Source: Saccostrea echinata (Eukaryota). From it: a stretch of 64,000 nt of DNA. The position numbers and the translations under genes are program-made. Positions 12,065-25,400 of this stretch are shown piece by piece (the first letter of the stretch is position 1; each line of letters begins with the position of its first letter). The notes below the pieces were generated by a model, which had not been told where the DNA came from, ran no database searches, and worked only from the letters and a program-made list of their open reading frames with translations. Location of the stretch: assembly GCF_033153115.1 (NCBI RefSeq), contig NW_026889758.1, positions 38,874,001 through 38,938,000 on the forward strand, written 5' to 3'.

Positions 12065-12809
12065 ATGTTAGATGTTTGTTGTTTAACACCTACTGCATTT
12101 AAGCCTTCCCAGAGAATATCAGCGTGTACTCTGTGCCTTCACTTCTCTGAACTACAAATGTATGACGTCATAATTGAAAATGACGTCAAGTCACTGCAAA
12201 CTTGAGCTTTTATGCTGGGGAGAGTGCCATAAACTTTACACCTTCTTTCAATCTGCATATAAATTGCAAGAAAGCTAGTGTAAAATAAACGTGTTTTAAT
12301 CTTTTTTTTTTTTTTAAATCTCATAAAGCCGAATATTTTAGATAACTTTGCTTTATTACTCTTGCTTAAAAGTCAGCGTGTTTTCAAAATGTATACGAAA
12401 AATATACGTAAACTTGACATTTACCCTTTTTCATACCCGTGGATAGAGGTAGAATTTATAATATGTGTATACAAGAGACTTGTGCAGGTGATTAATGAGG
12501 ATTTATTTGAGATCTTTTGTGGAAATCTGTAAGAGAAGTTTCTTCTCTAACTGAATCTTGCTTGGGAAAAATGTGTGATGGCTTTGTCTTTGGGACGCAA
12601 AAACGTAGGGTGAATTCACCATGCATCGGACACCCTCGCACTTCAACAAGTTCTAGCGATATCGCTACCGACCGAATATTATCAAAATGGAACTTAACAT
12701 GTAGTATGTGGTTAAAATATAATTTTTTGGCACAATCGTGCCCTATTTATTGAGAAAATATCATTAAAAACCGATTTGTTGCATTTTTATTACTATACAC
12801 CCATTTCCA

Positions 12810-13018
12810 AACAGACAGAATTTATGACCTTGACCTCTGACCTCAAAATTAATAGGGTTCTTCTTTAGTCCATAGGGAGTTGCTATGCAAAACTTCATTG
12901 CGAAAGCTCAAAGGGTTCTCGAGATATCGCACGGAATCGAAAGTGTTACAGACAGACAGAAATACAGACGGACGGACAGACAGACCCAAATTAATATTTC
13001 AGTGAAAGCGGGGGACAA
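12810..13018 (+). mobile_element. Helentron-type non-autonomous element, 3' fragment
   Basis: tgaccttgacctctgacctcaaaat core, (acag/acgg)n, end gtgaaagcgggggacaa as at 3960. Confidence 0.65.
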
Positions 13019-13359
13019 ATATTTTGTACCAGAGTAATTGTATAACTTTTCCCAAGCACACTTCGGGTTCACAAGGATGCGACGAGATTATTGATGCGAC
13101 AAAAAGTTAATAATAATTGTGTTAATCAGATGCGCCGAAGCGATTAATGTGAAACACTTCAAAAATTATAAATGACCGTCACATGATCAACGAAGTCATG
13201 TGATATCATTACAAATATGTTTTTATATAGCTAAGAGAACTTTTTTATATAAATTGGCCGTACTTAAGTACATTACTTACAATTAAAAATCAAAACCGAT
13301 CTTGCAATGCAGTGTTATGTTTTGAACGCATTTAAAGCTTCGGGAAGCCTTAACACTGC

Positions 13360-13494
13360 TGCGCGGTTTATACGGTCTCATCCGAAGGACCGGTCTCCAC
13401 GTCCCGCAGTGGATTCTAACCCGCGACGTAAGGATCAGCTCCTTACTCCGCGACTCTAGGGCAGACGGTCTAACCACTGTGCCACGCAGGAGAC
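13360..13494 (-). mobile_element. tRNA-derived SINE with Meta-like core, 5' fragment
   Basis: A box tggcacagtgg, degenerate B box ggttagaatcc, then gtccttcggatgagaccgtataaacc. Homologous to 19692-19977. Confidence 0.8.
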
Positions 13495-14609
13495 TAAAGT
13501 TAGATGAAATATAAAAAAAAATGTTATAATTGAGATTTAATTTTTCACGTTCATGTTTGTCGCACTATAGGCACTTCGTTCGCATATAACATTAGCACAA
13601 CTTGTTCTGATCAACGGATGCGTTTACAGACATCAAAAATGACCATGCATTCGCTTTTTAAAGACCACTCCTGGTGTTGTTAGGTTACCAGATTTTCTTA
13701 GTTGACCATTGATAGACGTTGTGAAATGTATGATGCTTTAGAACTTATGAGCAAAAGTTTCTTCTGTGTATGATCAAGCCAATATCAACTTTTTTGGTAT
13801 TTAGTATCTATGGATTATGGGGTAACTGAAATTGTGAATTGAGTCCTTCCCGGGGAGGTGGTTGGACCAAAACCATATGAATTTATACAATCTTAAAAAA
13901 AAATCTATATTCCTGGGCGGTTTGATCAAACTGTATGCATGAATATGAGTAAGTTTGTCTTCAACTAAATGTTAAATTTTACCTTTTTTCATCTAATTAA
14001 AAGCGCAATCTGTTCAAAAAAGTTGTTAAAAAGTTGATTTAACCAATGATTAGATAATTAACTTTTCCATGATTAGTCAAACTATCAGGTGTCATTAAGT
14101 TGACGTTATTGAAAATGAAAATGAGATATGCATAGTACTTGGATTTTGATTTTTGGTTTTATGAGAAAAAATAAATTCTTCTTTTCAAGGACAGCAAAGC
14201 AATGTTTAATCATATTCATATGGAAGCATCTTGAGGTAGTGTAGATTCATGTTCGGACAAATCATGACCCTCCTGGCTAGGGTGGGGCCACAAAGAGCGA
14301 TTAAATTTTTATATAGGGAAATTCTTTAAAAATCTTCCCAAAAACAGCAAAGTCATGATTCATCATATTTACAGAGTCGCATCCTTAGCTTTGATGCAGA
14401 TTCAAGTTTATTCTGTTTAAAGTTTGATCCCTGAGCTGGGGTAGGGTTGGACCACATCAGGCGATGAAATTTTTACATAGGAATATAGGGAAAATCTTTA
14501 AAAATCGTCTTTTCAAGAACAGCTAAACCATTATCAGTCATATTTATAGGGAGGATCTTCTGGTAGTGCAGAATTAAGTCTGTTCCTATAATTATTACCT
14601 ATAATAAGC

Positions 14610-14865
14610 ACTCAGGGCCATTGAGAAGTGAGGGTTCTATCAGCTATCGTGCCAACGCCTACCGTGACACGTGCACGGGACCTCGGTTTTTAAAGTCTCA
14701 TCCGAAAGACCCGTGAACTTTCACTAATAGTGCCGGGCGCTTGGCTAAGGAACAGTCACTACCTATGTTTAAGTCTTAGATTTGACACGGCGCGGCGAAT
14801 GAGAATCGAACCCGGGCCTCCCGATCACGAAGCGAGCGCCCTATCACTAGGCTACCGTGACCGGT
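14610..14865 (-). mobile_element. tRNA-derived Meta-like SINE (second family)
   Basis: B box ggttcgattc on -, core gtctttcggatgagactttaaaaaccgaggtcccgtg. Related copy at 20060-20290. Confidence 0.7.
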
Positions 14866-15162
14866 CGAAATATATAGAGAAAAGTCTTTTTCTCAAGAAT
14901 ATCAAAGCCAAATTTAGTCATATTTATATTGAATCATCCACAGGTAGTGAAGATTCAATTTTATTCAAATCATGACCCCCCGGAGGTAGGTTGGGCGATC
15001 AAAGGAAAATTAATGTTCTCAATAACTGCAAAACCATGAAAAGTCATATTCATGTGGAAGCTCTCTCAGGTAGTTTAGATTCAATTTTGTTCAAATCATG
15101 ACCCCCGGGGGGTAGGGTTTGGCCACAATTGGCGATCAAGGTTTTACATAGTAATATATAGA

Positions 15163-16410
15163 GAACAAGATGTGTTTGTGAAACACTGATGCCCCCATAT
15201 GGCAGCTTATGGCGAAGGTTAAAGTTTCTCAAATGCAAGTCAAAATCCAGGCCAAAAGATAAAAAATGTTAAATTTGAAAGCCCTAGCTACAACTGTTCA
15301 AAAGTTATGGCGAAGGTTGAAAGTTTTTTTAAAAATTAATAAGACATTAAGGTCAAGGTCAAAGTTGTTGGTATCCAAAGGAAGGTCTTGTCACAAGGAT
15401 TACATATGTGAAGTATGAAAGCCCTAGCTGCAACCATTCAAAAGTTATGGCCAAGGTTAAAGTTTTTTTGAAAGTAGGTCAAACTCCTATGTCAAGGTCA
15501 AAGGGTCAAAGTTGTTGGTATCCAAAGGAAAGTCTTGTCACAAGGAATACACATATGTGAAGTATGAAATCCCTAGCACCAACCATTCAAAAATTATGGC
15601 CAAGGTTAAAGTTTTTCAAAAGTAGGTCAAACTTTAATGTCAAGGTCAAAGGGGTTGGTATTCAAAGGAAGGTGATGTCACAAGGATTACACATATGTGA
15701 AGTATGAAAGCCCTAGCATCAACCATTCAAAAGTTATGGCCAAGGTTAGAGTTTTTCAAAAGTAGGTCAAACTCCTAGGTCAAGGTCAAAAGGTCAAAGT
15801 GGTTGGTATCCAATATTGTCACAAGGATTACATATGTAAAGTATGAAAGCCCTAGCTCTAACCGTTCAAAAGTTATGGCCAAAGTTAAAGTTTTTCAAAA
15901 GTAGGTCAAACTCCTAGGTCAAGGTCAAAGAGGTTGATATCCAGAAGAAGGTCTTGTCACAAGGAATACACATTTGAAGTTTGAAACCCAAAGCACCAAC
16001 TGTTCAAAAGTTATGGCAAAGGTTACAGTTTTTCAAAAGTAGGTCAAATTCCAAGGTCAGGGTCAAAATTGTTGGTATCCAAAGGAAGGCCTTGTCACAA
16101 AGAATACACGTGTGAAGATTGAAACCCCAAGCACCAACTGTTCAGAAGTTATGGCCAAGGTTAAAGTCTCATAAAATTTTGCAAAAGTGGGTCAATCTCC
16201 AAGGTCAAGGTCAAAAGGTCAAATATCATGGTACCCAAAGAAAGGTCTTGTCACAAGAAATGCACATGTGAAATATGAAAGCCATAGCTCCAACCAATCA
16301 AGAGTTATGGGCAAGGTTAAAGTTGACAACAGACAGACAGATAAAAAGACAAACAGACAGACAGGACAAAAACAATATACCCCGGGATCTTTCGATCCGG
16401 GGGCATAAAA
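15163..16410 (+). mobile_element. Helentron-type non-autonomous element with ~140-150 bp internal tandem units
   Basis: aacaagatgtgtttgtgaaacactgatgcccc start, ~7 units containing aaagttatggccaaggttaaagtttt, (acag)n, hairpin ccccgggatctttcgatccgggggcataa. Same family at 29097 and 30713. Confidence 0.85.
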
Positions 16411-17496
16411 AATGTGTTGAGGAAAGACAGCTGGGCCACAATGTCTCAGGTGAGCGTTGTGACCTATAGACCTCTTGTTAAATCCCATTACCGTTCACAC
16501 GAGAGAAAACTTGTTGCTGTCCCTTGACAGCTTTTCACTTGTTATAAAAAGACTTGATCATATCTGTGTTTGATTTCATTTTTCATTCTCCGTCTTGAAC
16601 TTTGAAATTCGTTAACTGCGTTTCAGGAAAATGTCCAAGTAAGCTTGTAATTTCTTTTTTATCTTTATAGATTTTCAATTTAGTATACCAGTTAATGGAG
16701 AATCTATGGGGACTTGGTAGTGCTTAGTATTCAAGTAATTAAAGAGAATATTTTTTCAGATCTATGTTAAAAATTGGATATATTTGTATAATTCTAAAAA
16801 AAAAAATACGTAGCTGAACCGAAGAGAGACTGAGCACGAAACGACCTATTCTGTCGGTGAAAAACAGTTTTCATACTCTATTGATTATTGCAAAATAAAA
16901 AAAAGATTAAATATGTAAAGTAAAACAGTTTGGGTAAAATATCCTCGGAGGCCCCCCCCCCCCCCCCCGGTACTTCTCACCGGGGATGTTTATAGCCCCT
17001 GGATGAAACATTTGTCTATTCAAAAACTGAACAGTGATTTATATTAATGTAGTAGTTTAAGGAAAGGGTAATACATTATAGCATAAAACATTACATGACA
17101 CAGTGGTTGATCGAGGAACACACCATATGGAAGCCAATGCTCGAGGACAAAAACTCTCAAGCAAGTCACAAATTAATTAAATAAACCCGCTTACTGTGTG
17201 ATAATATGTAGGTGCAGTAGATGACTTTAAATCCATATTAATATATATTCAAAAAATTCAAACACCAATTTAGCTTTACCCAAGGGCCTGGCCCCAGGGG
17301 AGGGGGGTTGTCATCCGACAAAGATACATTGTCCGTCATTGACACATATTATATCATTCTATACATGTAGATATCAGTGGCATCTACTAATGATATGCTT
17401 AGTAATAAAAATATGTCATAGATTGATGCATGCGGTCATCCACTATATATTATTTATTTCAGTCTTGGGGGAAACTATTTGAATTTGCTACTTCTA

Positions 17497-17676
17497 CGAG
17501 GTTTGTCCCAGAAAAATGCGAACATTTTCAATATTTTTTGTTTCACTAATATTATGAAGTTAAAATTGACATACATTAAAATCAACTTTTTTAAAAATAA
17601 TTCAGAGAAAATTCAGAAAAAATTTCTCTATAAATAGCACTTTTCTCTTTTGTAAACGAATCAGTCAAAATAGCAG
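17497..17676 (-). mobile_element. One end of a split Tc1/mariner element (partner 36217-37079)
   Basis: TA + cgaggtttgtcccagaaaaatgcgaa, inverted at 37079 (cgagggttgtcccagaaaaacgcgaa + TA). Confidence 0.7.
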
Positions 17677-17870
17677 CAGGTGTAACGACGAAAAGTGACC
17701 CGAGTGGAATATTGACCGGGAGGTCAAATTTCTACGTGGAAAAGTGACCCCCGGTCAATATTCTACTGCAAGTAGGATCATTTTTCGACCGTAGAAAATC
17801 CTTCCAGGCCGGTAATTCTACGACTCCACACACGTTGAAAAATGACCCCCATAGAAATCTGACCCCCTAC
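17677..17870 (+). mobile_element. Left end of a TIR element with subterminal repeats (partner 36020-36216)
   Basis: ggtgtaacgacgaaaagtgaccc...gaatattgaccggg matches the reverse complement of ~36125-36214 over ~90 bp. Confidence 0.65.
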
Positions 17871-17890
17871 CTTTAAACTATATTATATAA

Positions 17891-18054
17891 TACAAGTAAA
17901 ACTTGTCTAATCCGGATGTGTAATCCTAAATCTTGCTTAATACGATGTTAACTTTAAGTCCATTTGTTTAAAATGTTGTCTAATCTGGAATGTTGTCTAA
18001 TCCAGCCTTTTTTTATGGAATCAGTAGTGTCCGGATTAAACAAATTTTACTGTA
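17891..18054. mobile_element. pogo/Tigger-like MITE
   Basis: Inverted ends agtaaaacttgtctaatccgga / tccggattaaacaaattttact with TA flanks. Confidence 0.65.
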
Positions 18055-18243
18055 AAACCTTTAGAAATGAGATACGCGTTCATCCCAGGGTAAGGGGGAG
18101 TGGTCGGCGAAGGCCCAGAGATAGCTGCATCTCCCGATTTTTTTTTTACTCCCAAATGTATGTTGGGGAGCAAGGTACATTCTCCCTCCGTAACGCCACT
18201 TCCCAATACTATCATCATATACAATGTATGTGGTATGTTTTTT

Positions 18244-18377
18244 NNNNNNNNNNNNNNNNNNNNNNNNNNNNNNNNNNNNNNNNNNNNNNNNNNNNNNNNN
18301 NNNNNNNNNNNNNNNNNNNNNNNNNNNNNNNNNNNNNNNNNNNNNNNNNNNNNNNNNNNNNNNNNNNNNNNNNNNNN
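18244..18377. other. Assembly gap
   Basis: Run of N. Confidence 1.
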
Positions 18378-18624
18378 TTCAAACTTCTTCTCTTGAACTG
18401 CTTAATGAATTTTGACCTATTTTAGCCTGTACTATCAATGAGTGAAGGGGTACAAAAATGCTAATTTCATGGTCCCTGCTCCCCTGGAACATGAGGGGAG
18501 AGTCTAAAACCAACAAAATTAGTGCAATTTAAAAATAAAAACCTCTTTACCCCTGGACATCAAGCATTGAGCCCTCTACCAAAATTGTAAAATTCATGGT
18601 CCCAGGGTCAGGGGTTTTAAAGTA

Positions 18625-19459
18625 CGAGGGGTGATCAAAAAGTTCGCGAACTATACCTATATATAAAAAACTCTCTTGAGATCAGAATGAAATTTGGCAC
18701 ACATATAGTCGCACACATGTTCTATAAATAGCATATGTTAAATAATGTTTTGCTCCGTGTTTGTGGCGTCACAATGTGAAAATGACGTCAATATGTAGGT
18801 CACTTGTGACAAAAAATGGTTGACTCAGTCGTACTCGAGCAACGAACGGTTGTAAAGTTTAACGTATATCTTGGAAATTCCTTTGCAGTAGAATATGATA
18901 ATTTGTACAAGGTTTATGAAGACAAAAGACTTGCCAGAATTTCAATCATTAATTGGATTGATTGTTTAAGTAAAGACAGGGAGACGGTTAAAAATGATGT
19001 TTGTTCTGTTGCCCAACGAAAAATGTGTCCTTAGTTGAGCAATTTGTTATGAAACATCGTCAAGTAACAATAAGAAAAATGGTTGTATATCTTAACAATA
19101 ATATAATTATTAAATCTCTAAAATATCGTTTACTTTAGACTTTAAACATATGAGATATGATAAAAAAAAGACGCCCATACTTTATCCACATTGGGTAAAC
19201 GAGGACTCGGGTTGTGATGGGTCACCATACTAATTGTGGGAAGGGATATCCTTATCCACCCATCCTGTTCCCGAGATTTGGCCATTTCTGACAGATGGAC
19301 TTTTTTTGTTATAAAAAATAACTTGCATGGTAAGAAATGTAAGACTCGGAAAAATCTTTTACCTCCTCTGAACAGACTGCTTCGGAGCATGTCACGTGAC
19401 TGCCTGGATCATTTAAAGAAGTAATTCAATTAGTTCGCGAACTTGCTGATCACCCCTCG
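18625..19459 (+). mobile_element. Internally deleted mariner element
   Basis: TA-flanked TIRs cgaggggtgatcaaaaagttcgcgaacta / tagttcgcgaacttgctgatcacccctcg. N-terminal HTH remnant LEQRTVVKF (18816) and C-terminal remnant HPSCSRDLAISD (degenerate HPPYSPDLAPSD). Confidence 0.88.
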
Positions 19460-19691
19460 TAAGAGCGGGTCTCTTATGATCATATTGTCTTATTGATCAT
19501 ATTGTGAAAATGTCTTGTCTCCCCTATATATATAGCAGATGAACTAAGAGCGTTGTAATGTTGAGAAAAAGTGCCTTTAGTTTTCCTAAATTGTGATATT
19601 TTTGATCCCAGATCAGGAGTTCTGATGTAAGATCGTGACTTTAATGATCACATATGTTCTCTCTTCCTTTTAGATAAACTAGGTGCGTGGT

Positions 19692-19977
19692 TTATTTGTT
19701 TGTTTGTTTGTTTGTATGTTGTTTAACGTCCCTCTCGAGAATTTTTCACTCATATGGAGACGCCACCTCTTGCCGGTGGAGAGCTGCAAATTTTGTCCTA
19801 TACTCGGATCTTTTTCGTGGCAGCACCTACTGCGACACGGGACCCCAGTTTATACGGTCTCATCCGAAGGACCGGTCTCCACGTCCCACAGTCGGATTCG
19901 AACCCGCGACGTAAGGATCAACTCCTCACTCCGCGACTCTAGAGCAGACGCTCTAACCACTCCGCCACGCAGGCGAC
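19692..19977 (-). mobile_element. tRNA-derived Meta-like SINE with both ends and a 14-bp TSD
   Basis: A box tggcggagtgg, B box ggttcgaatcc, core ccttcggatgagaccgtataaac, (aaac)n tail. TSD actaggtgcgtggt at 19678-19691 and 19978-19991. Confidence 0.9.
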
Positions 19978-20059
19978 ACTAGGTGCGTGGTAGTGATGAG
20001 TAAAGACGCCTCTTCCAAAACTCGTATAAAGTCGTCACCATACACCGATGAATGGCTTC

Positions 20060-20290
20060 AAGTTAAAACCTAAACGCGGCGCCCAGGGCCGTTGGGCAGT
20101 AATGTTTAGCGTACCAACGCCTACCGTGACCTCGGTTTCTGGGGTTTCACCGAGAGAACCCCTGATTTCTAGTGCAGGGTGCTTGGCGAAGTAACAGTTA
20201 GAATATTAACTATGTAAACGTTTTACGTTTGACACGGCACAGCGAACGAGAATCGAACCTGGGCCTCCCCATCACGAAGCGAACGTCAAC
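20060..20290 (-). mobile_element. Degenerate SINE, same family as 14610-14865
   Basis: Shares ccaacgcctaccgtgac, tttgacacggc and gagaatcgaacc. Confidence 0.65.
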
Positions 20291-20323
20291 GCTTTTCTGT
20301 TCTTACTCTATAAGAGGTTACTG

Positions 20324-21330
20324 TCACGGTAGCTCACTCCGTGGCCGGAAGGTCGTGTGTTCGAATAACGGAAGCGACTGATCTAAGTCGATAAAAAAAA
20401 ATAGGTCATGTTGCAGGGAAGGCACTAACGAATACAGTTTTGTAAGTTGTCCAGGCTCATGAAGAGGGGAACATGCATCCCCGACGTTGTTTTGTTTGCC
20501 TGGTAAGTATTTAGCACTGATAGCACAATTATACAGGGCAGATATCCAGAAGAGAATGCGGCACATGAACTGTACAAGGGGATTCCTGGAAGTTCCTTTG
20601 TTAATCCAAGAGACGGCAGAAGAGTTATCACTATATATGATCACTTTACGATTCACAAAGTATTTACTCCACCTAAACACAGATAGAAATATAGAGATAA
20701 ACTCTTTAACATTAATATGGGCCATTGCACAAGCTGGTAGGTCTAATGGCCAATTAATGTAGAAGTAGTCTCCATTGTAGTATCCTCCACCTCCTTCTGA
20801 AGAAGCATCCGTCTGGAGTGAGGTGATGGGCCGTGGATCCTGTATACGACACATGCCATTGAATATCAACATGAATGATATTCACCACTGGAGGTCCGCA
20901 AAGAAATCATCTGTGAGCAACACTTTATGATGTCTCTCAGTCACTGCATTCTTCAAGTCCAACACTCTACGATGAAATGTACGGCCACCACATATCACTT
21001 GAGAAGCCAAATTGAGCTTTCCAATTAGTGTTTCTGTCTAACACTAGCACGCTTTTTCCGAGAAAATGCTCCCAGTAAGTTGTTAAAGTCTTGAAGCTTT
21101 GATGTTGGCAAGGCTAAAGTCATAGTCACTGAATCTACTACCACCCCCAGGAATACAAGCTGCTGGGAGGGACCTTCAACCTTTGACCAGTTAATAGCGA
21201 AACCTAGCTGTCTAAGTAGGTAAATAAGTGTATACAATGCTCTTGAACATTCATGAAAAGTTTTTCCAAAAATCAAAAAATCATCAAGATAAACAATGGC
21301 AGTATAACCATACACTTTCTTTAGTATTCT
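20324..21330 (-). pseudogene. RT / RNase H remnant of the Ngaro-like element
   Basis: IVYLDDFLIFG, LGFAINWSKVEGP, FLGVVVDS and LQTDASSEGGGG. Frameshifted, and most of the RT N-terminal half is deleted. Confidence 0.85.
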
Positions 21331-22420
21331 ACAGACTGCACTACTCAGCTCCCTCATCAATAATTCTAAAGCCCTCTTATTCCCTTGCATAAGAAGTTGC
21401 GATCAAAATCATCTTGTAAATAAAATTCCCAAACCGAGTACTTTAACCCTGAAGAAGATTCAGAGCAGCGACCCGTCCCATTCCCTAGTTTTTTGGGTGA
21501 GAGAGAGCATTATGAGTTTGTGAATAACAAACAAAACAACAATGCTGCAATTTACAGTTAGTAAAGTCACACGTTTCCATATTGAATTTCCTGCATATCT
21601 CCTTGCCTTCAGGTGTGAATGGGCCACGTCGACTTCCATTCTGCTTGGAGGGACCTTCCTTCTTAGCATGTGTTCCCAATGATCCTTGTAGGGTCTGCAT
21701 AGTCAGGCTGTTCGGTTTAAAAATCAGTTGAAAATCCTGAAGGTGAGGACGAGATACACCCCATCGAAACTTTTCCTTAAACTGCAGTTCCCTATATTCA
21801 CGGTCGAAGAGAAGGACACTGCCTTTGGCGTACTTGCTGAATAAGCGATTTATGTATTTGGTGTATTCAAGGTAGTCGCGCACTCCCTGGTCATCCAATT
21901 CCTGATTAATAATCATTTCCTGCATAATCGCAGCATTACCATAGCCCCACTGTTCTATGGACAGTTTATAATAGTCACGATCAAGCTTTTTGTTAATCTT
22001 CACTCCAGTATTGGTAAGTGTAAGAAGAACATCCTTCTCTTGTTGCATAATGGGGTCAAGCCAAACGTAGTTGTGAACAAATCTTACTTTCCCCTTATTA
22101 CTGGGTGTGCTTGGTGTAATAGCAGTAGAAACATGAGAAGGGAACAAGTTAATAAGATTACTGAGGTCAACTGTACCTTGCAGGGGGTGTACATTTGGTG
22201 TAGTCTCAACTCCAGTAGCAGTCGCAGGTGCGCGAGTTGTACTCGGACTCGGGCCAGGGCTGTCTTTCTCTTGCATGGCCGCTATAGTTTGTTTGCAAGC
22301 ATCGATATTCTGAAGAAGTTCCATCTTTCGTTTGTGTAGTTCTAACGTCTGCAGCTCCTTCTCTAAAACGATTATTTCACTAGAGATAGATGGGGGTCTT
22401 GGGACTGCATGTACCCGTGG

Positions 22421-25400
22421 CAGGGTTCGACACTAACTTTTTTATGCATTAGTCCAGCCGGACTAGTGACTTGTGACTTTTACTAGTCCGCAGGTAATTT
22501 TATTAGTCCGCCAAAAATAGAGAAATAAATTATTAAACAAAAATTATTTATAAGTAGTACAATGTTTTTATTTTAGTGATTCTTTTGTTTTAAATGCACA
22601 ACACATTTAAGTGAAGTTTTTGATTAATTAATTAAACAAAAGTATCTGAGAGAAGTCAATTCATGAGGTTTAACATTTGTAAAATTAATTACAGGAACAG
22701 TAATTCCAACAGAGATTACTTTTGTATTGACTTCATATGTTAATCAAACTAGAATTTTATGTTTCAAACAGTGAGTTTTTGTTATCCCACAGTGACACTC
22801 GTTGTATTTAGTCAACCACTTTTTTGGCCAAAGAATAGAGTGGTGTTAAATCTTCCTCATCAGAGCTGTAATTATTGTTCTCATCCGTGTTATTGTAGAA
22901 CGGCCTCCTTGGTCTGACAGCACTTGAGTTCCATAGGTGAATTGCAGGCAAAGGATTAAACTTTAACACATCTTGTGTGTTAAACTGAATATGCATTAAA
23001 TCATTTAAGACCTCAGAACGGAGTCTACATCTCCAGTCTGTCTTAACCATTTTCATTTCGCTAAATCCCCTCTCAGCATCAGCAGAAGAAGTGGGAAGGG
23101 ACAAAATTATGTCCACTAGAGCAAGGAAGTTTTGATGTCCTTCCTTGTATTTATGATTCACCTCCTCCCAGGACAACTGATACACATCACAGTCACTGAA
23201 ATTACAAAATTCTTGCAGTATTATTACTGATTGTCCCGTCAAATTTGAAGTTTTTTCGTATTGTGTATTTGGCCTTCATAAAATATTTTCGTACCTTTTA
23301 TAGATCATGTTTTTCAGCATCTGCCATTCAGTATAAATCTCATCAGCATTGAATCCCGCCTTAGTCAATATTGGTGAGAAATGGTCCACTAAGATTTCCA
23401 AATCTTCATCTCCAAAGTCTACAGGAATTGTTTTCAAAAGAGATCTTACACCTGACTTGCAAACACAAGTTCTTTACTACCTATATTTTAAAATTCTTTT
23501 TTATGATTATTTTTATTTTTATTCAAAAGAGATTGAACTTTATACTGAATTTAATTACATGATAACTTAATCTAAAAATTTATACCAGCATAATTTGATC
23601 GTTTTGGCCAGCCCATAAAAGTCTGCCAACTTCGTCGCTTTGAGAATCATGGACTGCTGCTCATCGAATCTGCCATTTAAACAGTCAACTAGGCGATCAA
23701 TGGCCCCCTCTCTTGGAAACTTCAAATCTGTGTTATCTCTGGATCTTTCAATACGGTTAATTTTAAATCCATGAAACATGCCCTTGTCTAATTCCAGAAG
23801 TTGAACAAATTTCTTTAAAATTGGACCATCCCTGCAATTTAGTGACTCGAAATTCAAATTATTTTTATTAATTGATTGAAATTGATTGAAACTTGGTTTT
23901 AAAAAAATTATCATGAAATCAATGGTTTACTGTTGAATTAAATATTGGCACTTTTCTTACTTGTTTTTGTATTGATCCAGCACAGCCATTGTTGCCAATA
24001 CTTTGAGGTAAGCCTCTGACACTGTAGCCTTTTCATGCTGTAGGAACAATGATAATGTTGAAAGGACTTTAATCACATCTGTCATGAAGTGTGCATAGAC
24101 CAAAATGTCAAAATTCAACAACATTTTGAGATATCCATTAGCTTTCCCGACAGCATCAGTCGTTCTCTTAGGAACTTGGGAAGTGTGTGTCAGCTGAAAA
24201 GTATAGTACCAGAAAATAATTAATTGAAAACAAAGAGTCATAACTTTTAATTCACATCAATTGTAAAGGTTCATTGTTTTATATTTTTTGTATAAAGCAA
24301 TAAATTTTACCGTTTACAAATGACTGACAATTCCTGGGTAAGCCTTCCACAAATTTTCTAATGCCAGCAGCCAATGAGAAAGCCATCTTGTTCCACCTAT
24401 TCTTTTTGGTACAATTTTAGGCACATCCAATACTTCACATGATCTCCCAAGATCTGAACGATTTAGGGGGCTGTTATGATAAAATAAATAGAGTCCATCC
24501 AGTAGTTCTTCAAGCGTTTTATGAGATGGGTATTTACGCATGGCATCTTTGTATGCTAGCTCAAGGCGGTGAGCATGACAGTGTACTCCAATGATGCAAG
24601 GTTGACTCTCTCTTAATTTAGCTATGACTCCATTTTTCTTTCCTGTGTTGACAGATGCGCCGTCTGACCCAAAGCCCACCAGTTTGTCCTTGTAGTCTTT
24701 AATATCCAAAGATTCAAAAACTGTATCAATGCAATGACACTAATGATTCCATTCGCATCAGCACGTTCTGGCTCTCCTATTCCAATATAATATGTGTCAA
24801 CAAGTCCAGCATTTGACGATCTGCAATACACTATTTCTTGTTCTTTAACTGACTTGTCTGTTGCTCCATCAGTGATCACAGATATGAATGGACATTTGTT
24901 CAGTAACTTTTTAATATTGTTTCTAGCCTCTTGTGCAATAAAGAAGGAAAATATCTGGGCCTCTTTGTCTGTGTTATAAGTATTTCCTACATCTATCCCT
25001 TTCTTTTTGTCAAGCTCAAGTATCCAAGGATAATCAGTGAATGGACGCCTATGTTGAACCAGAGCATGGACATTACAAAATAAAACTGTTAAACGATCGA
25101 CAGCTTTTTTATTTAGTTTTTCTACAATCTTTTCTGCAGCAGACTCACCTCTAGGCGTAGATTTCGCTCTATGAATCTCAACACATTATTTTATGAAAGG
25201 ATGATTTTTCTTCATGGTATTTAATTGTTTCTAACCTAAGATTAGCACATCCAGCGACAAAAGAGCATGCTTTATCTACAGCCCCTTTCGCCTGTTCTTT
25301 ACAAATTGTACAGAACATAAGTCCTGTGCTTTTTTCAAAATATAACCAGTCTCGATTTTTCGTCCAAGATTCCTGGAAATCTCGTGATCGGCGACTCACG

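Larger units (their letters stand above)
14190..16479 (-). mobile_element. Degenerate Helentron-type element carrying a nested SINE (14610-14865) and a nested element (15163-16410)
   Basis: Repeated caaatcatgacccc units. 16446-16479 is the reverse complement of the aacaagagg...gctcacctgag start of the 4659 family. Confidence 0.6.

Noticed and set aside
19880-19977. Functional tRNA gene
   Set aside because: Acceptor and anticodon stems do not pair properly, and it is followed by a SINE core and tail within a TSD.
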